From NCBI RefSeq assembly GCF_009914755.1, contig NC_060933.1: 64,000 nucleotides of DNA. One strand, given 5' to 3'. The DNA is from the human T2T-CHM13v2.0 reference genome, Homo sapiens. Shown here piece after piece: positions 15,801 to 31,200 of this stretch (position 1 is its first letter; the number at the start of each line of letters is the position of its first letter). A program made the position numbers and the translations under genes. The notes beneath the pieces are model-generated. The model searched no databases. It worked only from the letters and a program-made list of their open reading frames with translations, and had not been told where the DNA came from.

Positions 15801-18704
15801 CTCCATTCCATTGCACTCGGGTTGATTCCATTCCATTGCATTCCATTCCATTCCATTCAATTCCATTCCGTTCCATTCCATTCCATTACATTCGGATTGA
15901 TTCTATTCAACTCCCTTACTCTCCATTACATTCCATTCCATTCGGGTTGTTCCATTCCATTCCATTCCATTCCACTCCATTCCATTGCACTCGGGTTTAT
16001 TCCATTCCATTCCATTCCATTCCATTCCATTCCGTTCCATTCCGGAAGATTCTATTCCATTGCATTCCATTCCATTCCATTCCCCTGCACTCGCTTTGAT
16101 TCCATTCCATTCCATTCCATTCCATTTCATTCCATTCTTTTCCGTTCCATTCCATTCCATTCCATTCCATTCCGTTCCGTTCCGTTCCATTCCATTCCAT
16201 TCCATTCTATTCGGGTTAATTCCATTCCATTCCATTCGATTGCAATCGAGTTGATTCCATTCCATTCCATTCCATTCCATTCCATTCCATTCCATTCTTT
16301 CCATTCCATTACGGATGATTCCATTCCATTGCATTCCATTCCATTCCATTCCCCTGTACTCGGGTTGATTCCATTCCATTCCATTCCAATCCATGCCATT
16401 CCACTCGTGTTGATTCCATTCTTTCCATTCCATTCAAGTTGAATCCATTCCATTGCATTCCATTCCATTCCATTCCCCTGCAGTCGGGTTGTTTCCATTC
16501 CATTCCATTCCATTCCATTCCGTTCCGTTCCCTTCCATTCCATTCCATTCTATTCGGGTTAATTCCATTCCATTCAATTCCATTGCATTCCATTCCATTC
16601 CATTCCATTCCAATCGAGTTGATTCCATTCCATTCCCTTCCATTCCATTCCACTCCATTCCAGTCCTTTCCATTCCATTCCACTCGGGTTGATTCCAATG
16701 TATTCCTTTCCATTCCATTCCATTCCATTGCAATCGAGTTGATTCCATTGCTTTGCATTCCATTCCATTCCATTCCATTCCGGATGATTCCATTCCATTG
16801 CATTCCATTCCATTCCATTCCCCTGCACTCGGGTTGATTCCATTCCATTCCACTCCATTCCGTTCCACTCCATTCCATTCCATTGTATTCGGGTTAATTC
16901 CATTCCATTCCATTCCATTCTATTCCATTCCATTACAATCGAGTTGATCCCATTCCATTCTATTCCATTCCAGTCCTTTCCATTCCATTCCACTCGGGTT
17001 GATTCCATTCTATTATTTTCCATTCCATTCCAATCCCTTACATTCCACTCTGGTTGATTCCATTCCTTTCCATTCCACTCGAATACATTCCCTCCTATTG
17101 CACTCGGAACGATTCCATTCCATTGCATTCCATTCCATTCTATTCCATTCCATTCCATTCCATTACATTACATTCCTTTCCATTCCAGTCCTTTCCATTC
17201 CATTCCACTCGCGTTGATCCCATTCTATTAGTTTCCATTCCATTCCATTCCCTTCCATTCCACTCTGGTTGATTCCATTCCATTCCATTCCATTCCATTC
17301 CATTCCATTCCATTCCATTCCATTTTGTTCCATTCCATTCTATTCCGTATCATTCCATTCCATTCCATTCCATTCCATTCCATTCCATTCCATTCCACTC
17401 GTGTTGATTCCATTCCTTTCCATTCCATTCGGTTTGAAGGCATTCCATTCCATTCCGTTCCATTCCATTCCATTTTATTCCATTCCATTTCATTGTACTC
17501 GGGTTGATTCCATTCCATTGCATTCCATTCCATTACATTCCATTCCATTCCGTTGCATTCCATTCCATTACATTCGGATTGATTCTATTCAACTCCCTTA
17601 CTCTCCATTACATTCCATTCCATTCGGGTTGTTCCATTCCATTCCATTCCATTCCACTCCATTCCATTGCTCTCGGGTTGATTCCATTCCATTCCATTCC
17701 ATTACGGATGATTCCATTCCATTGCATTCCGTTCCATTACATTCCCCTAAACTCGCGTTGATTCCATTCCATTCCATTCCATTCCATTCAATTCCGTTCT
17801 ATTACAATTCGTTCCATTCCATTGTATTCCATACCTTTCCATTCCATTCCATACCATTCCATTGCATTCCATTCCATTCCATTCCGTTCCATTCCGTTCC
17901 ATTCCATTCCATTCCATTCCATTCGGGTTAATTCCATTCCATTCCATTCCATTCCATTCCATTCCATTCTATTCCATTCCATTGCAATCGAGTTGAATCC
18001 ATTGCCTTTCATTCCATTCCATTCCATTCCGGAAGATTCCATTCCATTGCATTCCATTCCAATCCATTCCCCTGCTCTCGCGTTGATTCCATTCCATTCC
18101 ATTCCATTCCATTCCATTCCGTTCCGTTCCGTTCCGTTCCATTCCATTCCATTCCATTCCATTCCGTTCCGTTCCATTCCATTCCATTCCATTCTATTCG
18201 GGTTAATTCCATTCCATTCCATTCGATTGCAATCGAGTTGATTCCATTCCATTCCATTCCATTCCATTCCATTCCATTCCATTCCTTTCCATTCCATTAC
18301 GGATGATTCCATTCCATTGCATTCCATTCCATTCCATTCCCCTGTACTCGGCTTGATTCCATTCCATTCTATTCCAATCCATGCCATTCCACTCGTGTTG
18401 ATTCCATTCTTTCCATTCCATTCAAGTTGAATCCATTCCATTGCATTCCATTCCATTCGATTCCATTCGATTGCACTCGGATTGATTCCATTCCATTGCA
18501 TTCCATTCCATTCCATTCCATTCCATTCCATTCCATTCCATTCCATTCCATTCCCTTCCATTCCATTCCATTACATTCGGATTGATTCTATTCAACTCCC
18601 TTACTCTCCATTCCATTCCATTCCATTCGGGTTGTTCCATTCCATTCCATTCCATTCCACTCCATTCCATTGCACTCGGGTTTATTCCATTCCATTCCAT
18701 TCCA

Positions 18705-19600
18705 TTCCATTACATTGCACACGGGTTCATTCCATTCCATTCCATTAAATTCCATTCCATTCCATTTCATTCCATTCCATTCTATTCCGTACCATTCCAT
18801 TCCATCCCATTCCATTCCATTCCATTCCATTCCATGCCATTACACTCGGGTTGATTCCATTCCTTTCCATTCCATTCTTGTTGAATCCATTCCATTCCAT
18901 TCCATTCCATTCCATTCGAATCCATTCCATTGCACTCCGGTTGATTCCATTCCATTCCATTCCATTCCATTTCATTCCATTCCTTTCCAATACATTCGGA
19001 TTGATTCTATTCAATTCCTTTACACTCCATTACATTACATTCCATTCGGGATGTTTCCATTCCATTCCATTGCATTCCACTCCATTCCATTGCATCGGGT
19101 TGATTGCATTCCATTCCATTCCATTCCATTCCGGATGACTCCATTCCATTGCATTCCATTCCATTCCATTCCCCTGCACTCGGGTTGATTACATTCCATT
19201 CCATTCCCTTCCATTCCTTTCCATTCCATTCCACTCCATTGCAATCGAGTTGATTCCATTCCATTCCATTCCATTCCATTCCATTCCATTCCGGATGATT
19301 GCATTCCATGGCATTCCATTCCATTCCATTCCCCTGCACTCGGGTTGATTCCATTCCATTTCATTACATTACATTCCGTTCCATTCCATTCCATTCCATT
19401 CTATTCCGGTAAATTCTATTCCATTCCATTCCATTCCATTCCATTCCATTCCATTCCATTCCATTGCAATCTAGTTGATTCGACTCCATTCCATTCCATT
19501 CCATTCCATTCCAATCGATTTGATTCCATTCCATTCCATTCCATTCCAGTCCATTCCAGTCCTTTCCATTCCATTCCACTCGGGTTGATTCCATTCTATT
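18705..19600 (+). repeat. C module, copy 1 (near-identical to 22172-23067)
   Basis: Rare markers attaaattcc, tcttgttgaa, gcactccggttg, tcgggatgtttcc, ccatggcatt, ccggtaaatt, aatctagttgattcgactcc. Near-identical ORF translations recur at a constant offset of 3467 bp (18745/22212, 18851/22318, 19007/22474). Confidence 0.88.
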
Positions 19601-21699
19601 AGTTTCCATTCCATTCCATTCCCTTCCATTCCACTCTGGTTGATTCCATTCCTTTCCATTCCACTCGAATACATTCCCTCCTATTCCACTCGGAACGATT
19701 CCATTCCATTCCATTCCATTCCATTCCATTCCATTCCATTTCGTTCCATTCCATTCTATTCCGTACCATTCCATTCCATTCCATTCCATTCCATTCCATT
19801 CCATTCCATTCCATTGTACTCGGGTTGATTCTATTCCATTGCATTCCATTCCATTCCATTCCATTCCATTCCATTCCGGATGATTCCATTCCATTGCATT
19901 CCGTTCCATTACATTCCCCTGCACTCGCGTTGATTCCATTCCATTCCATTCCATTCCATTCAATTCCATTCCATTACAATTCGTTCCATTCCATTCTATT
20001 CCGTACCATTCCATTCCATTCCATTCCATTCCATTCTATTCGGATTAATTCCATTCCATTCCATTCCATTCCATTCTATTCCATTCCATTGCAATCGAGT
20101 TGAATCCATTGCATTTCATTCCATTCCATTCCATTCCATTCCATTCCATTCTATTCCGGAAGATTCCATTCCATTGCATTCCATTCCATTCCATTCCTCT
20201 GCACTCGCGTTGATTCCATTCCATTCCATTCCATTCCATTCCATTCCATTCCGTTCCGTTCCGTTCCGTTCCATTCCATTCCATTCCATTCCATTCCATT
20301 CCGTTCCGTTCCATTCCATTCCATTCCATTCTATTCGAGTTAATTCCATTCCATTCCATTCGATTGCAATCGAGTTGATTCCATTCCATTCCATTTCATT
20401 CCATTCCATTCCATTCCATTCCATTCCATTCCTTTCCATTCCATTACGGATGATTCCATTCCATTGCATTCCATTCCATTCCATTCCCCTGTACTCGGGT
20501 TGATTCCATTCCATTCCATTCCAATCCATGCCATTCCACTCGTGTTGATTCCATTCTTTCCATTCCATTCAAGTTGAATCCTTTCCATTACATTCCATTC
20601 CATTCGATTCCATTCGATTGCACTCGGGTTGATTCCATTCCATTGCATTCCATTCCATTCCATTCCATTCCATTCCATTCCGTTCCGTTCCATTCCATTA
20701 CATTCGGATTGATTCTATTCAATTCCCTTACACTCCATTACATTCCATTCCATTCGGGTAGTTTCCATTCCATTCCATTCCATTCCTCTCCATTCCATTG
20801 CACTCGGGTTGATTCCATTCCATTGCATTCCATTCCATTCCATTCAATTCCATTCCGTTCCATTCCATTCCATTACATTCGGATTGATTCTATTCAACTC
20901 CCTTACCCTCCATTCCATTCCATTCCATTCGGGTTGTTCCATTCCATTCCTTTCCATTCCACTCCATTCCATTGCACTCGGGTTGATTCCATTCCATTCC
21001 ATTCCATTCCGGAAGATTCCATTCCATTGCATTCCATTCCATTCCATTCCCCTGCACTCGCGTTGATTCCATTCCATTCCATTCTATTCCATTCCATTCC
21101 GATCCGTTCCATTCCATTCCATTCCATTCCATTCCATTCCATTCCGTTACGTTCCATTCCATTCCATTCCATTCTATTCGGGTTAATTCCATTCCATTCC
21201 ATTCGATTGCAATCGAGTTGATTCCATTCCATTCCATTCCATTCCATTCCATTCCATTCCATTCCATTCCATTCCATTCCATTCCGTTCCATTCCATTAC
21301 GGATGATTCCATTCCATTGCATTGCATTCCATTCCATTCCCCTGTACTCGGGTTGATTCCATTCCATTCCATTCCATTCCATGCCATTCCACTCGTGTTG
21401 ATTCCATTCTTTCCATTCGATTCAAGTTGAATCCATTCCATTGCATTCCATTCCGTTCGATTCCATTCGATTGCACTCGTGTTGATTCCATTCCATTGCA
21501 TTCCATTCCATTCCATTCCATTCCATTCCATTCCGTTCCATTCCATTCCATTCCATTCGGATTGATTCTATTCAATTCCCTTACACTCCATTACATTCCA
21601 TTCCATTCGGGTAGTTTCCATTCCATTCCATTCCATTCCTCTCCATTCCATTGCATTCGGGTTAATTCCATTCCATTCCATTCCATTCCATTCCATTCC

Positions 21700-24500
21700 A
21701 TTCCGGATGATTCCATTCCACTGAATTCCATTCCATTCCATTCCCCTGCACTTGGGTTGATTCCATTCCTTTCCATTCCATTCCTCTCCGTTCCATTCAA
21801 TTCCATTCCATTCCATTCCATTCTATTCGTGTTAATTCCATTCCATTCTATTCCATTCCATTCCAATTGAAATCGAGTTGATTCCATTCCATTCCATTCC
21901 ATTCCGGATGATACCATTCCATTGCATTCCATTCCATTCCATTCCCCTGCACTCGGGTTGAATCCATTCCATTCCATTCCATTACATTCCGTTCCATTCC
22001 ATTCCATTCCATTCTATTCGTGTTAATTCCATTCCATTCCATTCCACTCCATTCCAGTCCTTTGCATTCCATTCCACTCGGGTTGATTCCATTCTATTCC
22101 TTTCCATTCCATTCCATTCCATTGCAATCGAGTTGATTCCATTCGAGTTGAATCCATTCCATTCCATTCCATTCCATTACATTGCACACGGGTTCATTCC
22201 ATTCCATTCCATTAAATTCCATTCCATTCCATTTCATTCCATTCCATTCTATTCCGTACCATTCCATTCCATCCCATTCCATTCCATTCCATTCCATTCC
22301 ATGCCATTACACTCGGGTTGATTCCATTCCTTTCCATTCCATTCTTGTTGAATCCATTCCATTCCATTCCATTCCATTCCATTCGAATCCATTCCATTGC
22401 ACTCCGGTTGATTCCATTCCATTCCATTCCATTCCATTTCATTCCATTCCTTTCCAATACATTCGGATTGATTCTATTCAATTCCTTTACACTCCATTAC
22501 ATTACATTCCATTCGGGATGTTTCCATTCCATTCCATTGCATTCCACTCCATTCCATTGCATCGGGTTGATTGCATTCCATTCCATTCCATTCCATTCCG
22601 GATGACTCCATTCCATTGCATTCCATTCCATTCCATTCCCCTGCACTCGGGTTGATTACATTCCATTCCATTCCCTTCCATTCCTTTCCATTCCATTCCA
22701 CTCCATTGCAATCGAGTTGATTCCATTCCATTCCATTCCATTCCATTCCATTCCATTCCGGATGATTGCATTCCATGGCATTCCATTCCATTCCATTCCC
22801 CTGCACTCGGGTTGATTCCATTCCATTTGATTACATTACATTCCGTTCCATTCCATTCCATTCCATTCTATTCCGGTAAATTCTATTCCATTCCATTCCA
22901 TTCCATTCCATTCCATTCCATTCTATTCCATTGCAATCTAGTTGATTCGACTCCATTCCATTCCATTCCATTCCATTCCAATCGATTTGATTCCATTCCA
23001 TTCCATTCCATTCCAGTCCATTCCAGTCCTTTCCATTCCATTCCACTCGGGTTGATTCCATTCTATTCCTTTCCATTCCATTCCATTCCATTGCAGTCGA
23101 GTTGATTCCATTCCATTTCATTCCATTCCATTCCATTCCATTCCATTCCAATCGATTTAATTCCATTCCATTCCATTCCATTCCACTCCATTCCAGTCCT
23201 TTCCAATCCATTCCACTCGGGTTGATTCCATTCTATTCCTTTCCACTCCATTCCATTCCATTGCAATCGAGTTGATACCTTTCGAGTTGAATCCATTCCA
23301 TTCCATTCCATTCCATTACATTGCACACGGGTTCATTCCATTCCATTCCATTCCATTCCATTCCATTCCATTTCATTCCATTCCATTCTATTCCGTACCA
23401 TTCCATTCCATCCCATTCCATTCCATTCCATTCCATGCCATTACAGTCGGGTTGATACCATTCCTTTCCATTCCATTCTTGTTGAATCCATTCCATTCCA
23501 TTCCATTCCATTCGAATCCATTCCATTGCACTCGGTTTGATTCCATTCCATTCCATTCCATTCCATTCCATTCCATTTCATTCCATTCCCTTCCATTACA
23601 TTCGGACTGATTCTATTCAATTCCCTTACACTCCAATACATTCCATTCCATTCGGTATGTTTCCATTCCATTCCATTCCATTCCATTGCATCGGGTTAAT
23701 TCCATTCCATTCCATTCCATTCCATTCCATTCCATTCCATTCCGGATGATTCCATTCCATTGCATTCCATTCCATTCCATTCCCGTGCAGTCGGGTTGAT
23801 TCCATTCCATTCTATTCCATTCCATTCCATTCCATTCCATACCATTCCATTCCATTCCATTCCATTCCATTCTATTCGGGTTAATTCCATTCCATTCCAT
23901 TCCATTCCATTCCATTCCATTCAAATTCCATTCCACTCCATTCCAATCGAGTTGATTCCATTCCATTCCTTTCCATTCCATTCCACTCCATTCCAGTCCT
24001 TTCCATTCCATTCCACTCGGGTTGATTCCATTTTATTCATTTCCATTCCATTCCATTCCATTGCAATCGAGTTGATTCCATTGTTTTGCATTCCATTCCA
24101 TTCCATTCCATTCCGGATGATTCCATTCCATTGCATTCCATTCCATTCCATTCCCCTGCACTCGGGCTGATTCCATTCCATTCCACTCCATTCCGTTCCA
24201 TTCCATTCCATTACATTGTATTCGAGTTAATTCCATTCCATTCCATTCCATTCCATTCCATTACAATCGAGTTGATTCCATTCCATTCCATTCCATACCA
24301 TTCCATTCCATTCCATTCCATTCCATTCCATTCCATTCCGTTCCGTTCCGTTCCGTTGCATTCCATTCCATTCCATTCCGGATGATTCCATTCCATTGAA
24401 TTCCATTCCATTCCTTTCCCCTGCACTTGGGTTGATTCCATTCCATTCCATTCCATTCCATTCCTTTCCGTTCCATTCCATTCCATTCCATTCCATTCCA
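21700..24500 (+). repeat. C-type block (copy 2 at 22172-23067, diverged third copy from ~23300)
   Basis: The same markers recur, e.g. tcttgttgaa at ~22344 and ~23477 and ttgcatcggg at ~22557 and ~23686. Confidence 0.75.
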
Positions 24501-25279
24501 TTCTATTTGTGTTAATTCCATTCCATTCCATTCCATTCCATTCTATTCCATTCCATTGCAATCGAGTTGAATCCATTGCATTTCATTCCATTCCATTCCA
24601 TTCCATTGCATTCCGGAAGATTCCATTCCTTTGCGTTCCATTCCATTCCATTCCCCTGCACTCGCGTTGATTCCATTCCATTCCATTCCATTCCATTCCA
24701 TTCCATTCCATTCCATTCCATTCCGTTCCGTTCCATTCCATTCCATTCCATTCTATTCGGGTTAATTCCATTCCATTCCATTCGATTGTAATCGAGTTGA
24801 TTCCATTCCATTCCATTCCATTCCATTCCATTCCATTCCTTTCCATTCCATTACGGATGATTCCATTCCATTGCATTCCATTCCATTCCATTCCCCTGTA
24901 CTCGGGTTGATTCCATTCCATTCCATTCCAATCCATGCCATTCCACTCGTGTTGATTCCATTCTTTCCATTCCATTCAAGTTGAATCCATTCGATTGCAT
25001 TCCATTCCATTCGATTCCATTCGATTGCACTCGGGTTGATTCCATTCCATTGCATTCCATTCCATTCCATTCCATTCCATTCCATTCCATTCCGTTCCAT
25101 TCCATTCCATTCCATTCCTTTCCATTCCATTCCATTACATTCGGATTGATTCTATTCAATTCCCTTACACTCCATTACATTCCATTCCATTCGGGTAGTT
25201 TCCATTCCATTCCATTCCATTCCTCTCCATTCCATTGCACTCGGGTTGATTCCATTCCATTGCATTCCATTCCATTCCA

Positions 25280-28200
25280 TTCAATTCCATTCCGTTCCAT
25301 TCCATTCCATTACATTCGGATTGATTCTATTCAACTCCCTTACTCTCCATTACATTCCATTCCATTCGGGTTGTTCCATTCCATTCCATTCCATTCCACT
25401 CCATTCCATTCCATTACACTCGGGTTGATTCCATTCCATTCCATTCCTTTCCATTCCATTCCATTCCATTCCGGAAGATTCCATTCCATTGCATTCCATT
25501 CCATTCCATTCCCCTGCACTCGCGTTGATTCCATTCCATTCCATTCCATTCCATTCCATTCCATTCCATTCCTTTCCGTTCCACTCCATTCCATTCCATT
25601 CCAATCCATTCCATTCCGTTCTGTTCCGTTCCATTCCATTCCATTCCATTCTATTCGGGTTAATTCCATTCCATTCCGTTCGATTGCAATCGAGTTCATT
25701 CCATTCCATTCCATTCCATTCCATTCCTTTCCATTCCATTACGGATGATTCCATTCCATTGCATTCCATTCCATTCCATTCCCCTGTACTCGGGTTGATT
25801 CCATTCCATTCCATTCCAATCCATGCCATTCCACTCGTGTTGATTCCATTCTTTCCATTCCATTCAAGTTGAATCCATTCCATTGCATTCCATTCCATTC
25901 CATTCCCCTGCAGTCGGGTTGTTTCCATTCCATTCCATTCCATTCCATTCCATTCCATTCCATTCCGTTCCGTTCCATTCCATTCCATTCTATTCTGGTT
26001 AATTCCATTCCATTCCATTACATTCCATTCCAATCGAGTTGATTCCATTCCATTCCATGCCATTCCATTCCACTCCATTCCAGTCCTTTCCATTCCGTTC
26101 CACTCGGGTTGATTCCAATGTATTCCTTTCCATTCCATTCCATTCCATTGCAATCGAGTTGATTCCATTGCTTTGCATTCCATTCCATTCCATTCCATTC
26201 CGGATGATTCCATTCCATTGCATTCCATTCCATTCCATTCCCCTGCACTCGGGTTGACTCCATTCCATTCACCTCCATTCCGTTCCATTCCATTCCATTG
26301 CATTGTATTCGGGTTAATTCCATTCCATTCCATTCCATTCCATTCCATTCCATTCCATTCCATTACAATCGAGTTGATTCCATTCCATTCCATTCCATTC
26401 CAGTCCTTTCCATTCCATTCCACTCGGGTTGATTCCATTCTATTAGTTTCCATTCCATTCCATTCCCTTCCATTCCACTCTGGTTGATTCCATTCCTTTC
26501 CATTCCACTCGAATACATTCCCTCCTATTCCACTCGGAACGATTCCATTCCATTCCATTCCATTCCATTCCATTCCATTCCATTTCGTTCCATTCCATTC
26601 TATTCCGTACCATTCCATTCCATTCCATTCCATTCCATTCCATTCCATTCCATTCCATTGTACTCGGGTTGATTCTATTCCATTGCATTCCATTCCATTC
26701 CATTCCATTCCATTCCATTCCGGATGATTCCATTCCATTGCATTCCGTTCCATTACATTCCCCTGCACTCGCGTTGATTCCATTCCATTCCATTCCATTC
26801 CATTCAATTCCATTCCATTACAATTCGTTCCATTCCATTCTATTCCGTACCATTCCATTCCATTCCATTCCATTCCATTCCATTCTATTCGGATTAATTC
26901 CATTCCATTCCATTCCATTCCATTCTATTCCATTCCATTGCAATCGAGTTGAATCCATTGCATTTCATTCCATTCCATTCCATTCCATTCCATTCTATTC
27001 CGGAAGATTCCATTCCATTGCATTCCATTCCATTCCATTCCTCTGCACTCGCGTTGATTCCATTCCATTCCATTCCGTTCCGTTCCGTTCCGTTCCGTTC
27101 CATTCCATTCCATTCCATTCCATTCCATTCCGTTCCGTTCCATTCCATTCCATTCCATTCTATTCGGGTTAATTCCATTCCATTCCATTCGATTGCAATC
27201 GAGTTGATTCCATTCCATTCCATTTCATTCCATTCCATTCCATTCCATTCCATTCCTTTCCATTCCATTACGGATGATTCCATTCCATTGCATTCCATTC
27301 CATTCCATTCCCCTGTACTCGGGTTGATTCCATTCCATTCCATTCCAATCCATGCCATTCCACTCGTGTTGATTCCATTCTTTCCATTCCATTCAAGTTG
27401 AATCCTTTCCATTGCATTCCATTCCATTCGATTCCATTCGATTGCACTCGGGTTGATTCCATTCCATTGCATTCCATTCCATTCCATTCCATTCCATTCC
27501 ATTCCGTTCCGTTCCATTCCATTACATTCGGATTGATTCTATTCAATTCCCTTACACTCCATTACATTCCATTCCATTCGGGTAGTTTCCATTCCATTCC
27601 ATTCCATTCCTCTCCATTCCATTGCACTCGGGTTGATTCCATTCCATTGCATTCCATTCCATTCCATTCAATTCCATTCCGTTCCATTCCATTCCATTAC
27701 ATTCGGATTGATTCTATTCAACTCCCTTACTCTCCATTCCATTCCATTCCATTCGGGTTGTTCCATTCCATTCCATTCCATTCCACTCCATTCCATTGCA
27801 CTCGGGTTGATTCCATTCCATTCCATTCCATTCCGGAAGATTCCATTCCATTGCATTCCATTCCATTCCATTCCCCTGCACTCGCGTTGATTCCATTCCA
27901 TTCCATTCTATTCCATTCCATTCCCTTCCTTTCCGTTCCATTCCATTCCATTCCATTCCATTCCATTCCATTCCGTTCCGTTCCATTCCATTCCATTCCA
28001 TTCTATTCGGGTTAATTCCATTCCATTCCATTCAATTGCAATCGAGTTGATTCCATTCCATTCCATTCCATTCCATTCCATTCAATTCGATTCCGTTCCA
28101 TTCCATTCCATTACATTCGGATTGATTCTATTCAACTCCCTTACTCTCCATTACATTCCATTCCATTCGGGTTGTTCCATTCCATTCCATTCCATTCCAC

Positions 28201-31200
28201 TCCATTCCATTCCATTACACTCGGGTTGATTCCATTCCATTCCATTCCTTTCCATTCCATTCCATTCCATTCCGGAAGATTCCATTCCATTGCATTCCAT
28301 TCCATTCCATTCCCCTGCACTCGCGTTGATTCCATTCCATTCCATTCCATTCCATTCCATTCCATTACATTCCTTTCCGTTCCACTCCATTCCATTCCAT
28401 TCCAATCCATTCCATTCCGTTCTGTTCCGTTCCATTCCATTCCATTCCATTCTATTCGGGTTAATTCCATTCCATTCCGTTCGATTGCAATCGAGTTCAT
28501 TCCATTCCATTCCATTCCATTCCATTCCTTTCCATTCCATTACGGATGATTCCATTCCATTGCATTCCATTCCATTCCATTCCAGTCCTTTCCATTCTAT
28601 TCCACTCGGGTTGATTCCATTCTATTAGTTTCCATTCCATTCCATTCCCTTCCATTCCACTCTGGTTGATTCCATTCCTTTCCATTCCACTCGAATACAT
28701 TCCCTCCTATTCCACTCGGAACGATTCCATTCCATTCCATTCCATTCCATTCCATTCCATTCCATTTCGTTCCATTCCATTCTATTCCGTACCATTCCAT
28801 TCCATTCCATTCCATTCCATTCCATTCCATTCCATTCCATTCCATTGTACTCGGGTTGATTCTATTCCATTGCATTCCATTCCATTCCATTCCATTCCAT
28901 TCCATTCCATTCCGGATGATTCCATTCCATTGCATTCCGTTCCATTACATTCCCCTGCACTCGCGTTGATTCCATTCCATTCCATTCCATTCCATTCAAT
29001 TCCATTCCATTACAATTCGTTCCATTCCATTCTATTCCGTACCATTCCATTCCATTCCATTCCATTCCATTCCATTCTATTCGGATTAATTCCATTCCAT
29101 TCCATTCCATTCCATTCTATTCCATTCCATTGCAATCGAGTTGAATCCATTGCATTTCATTCCATTCCATTCCATTCCATTCCATTCTATTCCGGAAGAT
29201 TCCATTCCATTGCATTCCATTCCATTCCATTCCTCTGCACTCGCGTTGATTCCATTCCATTCCATTCCGTTCCGTTCCGTTCCGTTCCGTTCCATTCCAT
29301 TCCATTCCATTCCATTCCATTCCGTTCCGTTCCATTCCATTCCATTCCATTCTATTCGGGTTAATTCCATTCCATTCCATTCGATTGCAATCGAGTTGAT
29401 TCCATTCCATTCCATTTCATTCCATTCCATTCCATTCCATTCCATTCCTTTCCATTCCATTACGGATGATTCCATTCCATTGCATTCCATTCCATTCCAT
29501 TCCCCTGTACTCGGGTTGATTCCATTCCATTCCATTCCAATCCATGACATTCCACTCGTGTTGATTCCATTCTTTCCATTCCATTCAAGTTGAATCCTTT
29601 CCATTGCATTCCATTCCATTCGATTCCATTCGATTGCACTCGGGTTGATTCCATTCCATTGCATTCCATTCCATTCCATTCCATTCCATTCCATTCCGTT
29701 CCGTTCCATTCCATTACATTCGGATTGATTCTATTCAATTCCCTTACACTCCATTACATTCCATTCCATTCGGGTAGTTTCCATTCCATTCCATTCCATT
29801 CCTCTCCATTCCATTGCACTCGGGTTGATTCCATTCCATTGCATTCCATTCCATTCCATTCAATTCCATTCCGTTCCATTCCATTCCATTACATTCGGAT
29901 TGATTCTATTCAACTCCCTTACTCTCCATTCCATTCCATTCCTTTCGGGTTGTTCCATTCCATTCCATTCCATTCCACTCCATTCCATTGCACTCGGGTT
30001 GATTCCATTCCATTCCATTCCATTCCGGAAGATTCCATTCCATTGCATTCCATTCCATTCCATTCCCCTGCACTCGCGTTGATTCCATTCCATTCCATTC
30101 TATTCCATTCCATTCCCTTCCTTTCCGTTCCATTCCATTCCATTCCATTCCATTCCATTCCATTCCGTTCCGTTCCATTCCATTCCATTCCATTCTATTC
30201 GGGTTAATTCCATTCCATTCCATTCAATTGCAATCGAGTTGATTCCATTCCATTCCATTCCATTCCATTCCATTCAATTCGATTCCGTTCCATTCCATTC
30301 CATTACATTCGGATTGATTCTATTCAACTCCCTTACTCTCCATTACATTCCATTCCATTCGGGTTGTTCCATTCCATTCCATTCCATTCCACTCCATTCC
30401 ATTCCATTACACTCGGGTTGATTCCATTCCATTCCATTCCTTTCCATTCCATTCCATTCCATTCCGGAAGATTCCATTCCATTGCATTCCATTCCATTCC
30501 ATTCCCCTGCACTCGCGTTGATTCCATTCCATTCCATTCCATTCCATTCCATTCCATTACATTCCTTTCCGTTCCACTCCATTCCATTCCATTCCAATCC
30601 ATTCCATTCCGTTCTGTTCCGTTCCATTCCATTCCATTCCATTCTATTCGGGTTAATTCCATTCCATTCCGTTCGATTGCAATCGAGTTCATTCCATTCC
30701 ATTCCATTCCATTCCATTCCTTTCCATTCCATTACGGATGATTCCATTCCATTGCATTCCATTCCATTCCATTCCCCTGTACTCGGGTTGATTCCATTCC
30801 ATTCCATTCCAATCCATGCCATTCCACTCGTGTTGATTCCATTCTTTCCATTCCATTCAAGTTGAATCCATTCCATTGCATTCCATTCCATTCCATTCCC
30901 CTGCAGTCGGGTTGTTTCCATTCCATTCCATTCCATTCCATTCCATTCCATTCCATTCCGTTCCGTTCCATTCCATTCCATTCCATTCTATTCTGGTTAA
31001 TTCCATTCCATTCCATTACATTCCATTCCAATCGAGTTGATTCCATTCCATTCCATGCCATTCCATTCCACTCCATTCCCGTCCTTTCCATTCCGTTCCA
31101 CTCGGGTTGATTCCAATGTATTCCTTTCCATTCCATTCCATTCCATTGCAATCGAGTTGATTCCATTGCTTTGCATTCCATTCCATTCCATTCCATTCCG

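Noticed and set aside
22826-22842. TGATTACATTA resembling a DUX4 site
   Set aside because: A single imperfect match that is absent from the paralog at ~19360; expected by chance.
18705-23067. 3467-bp offset as evidence of the ~3.6-kb DYZ1 (Yq12) unit
   Set aside because: Only ~0.9 kb is duplicated at this offset, and it does not recur periodically.
25350-26918. Longest ORF (522 aa, minus strand)
   Set aside because: Same repeat translation. The near-identical paralog at ~30.3-31.9 kb is split by pentamer-number changes, so the frame is not conserved.
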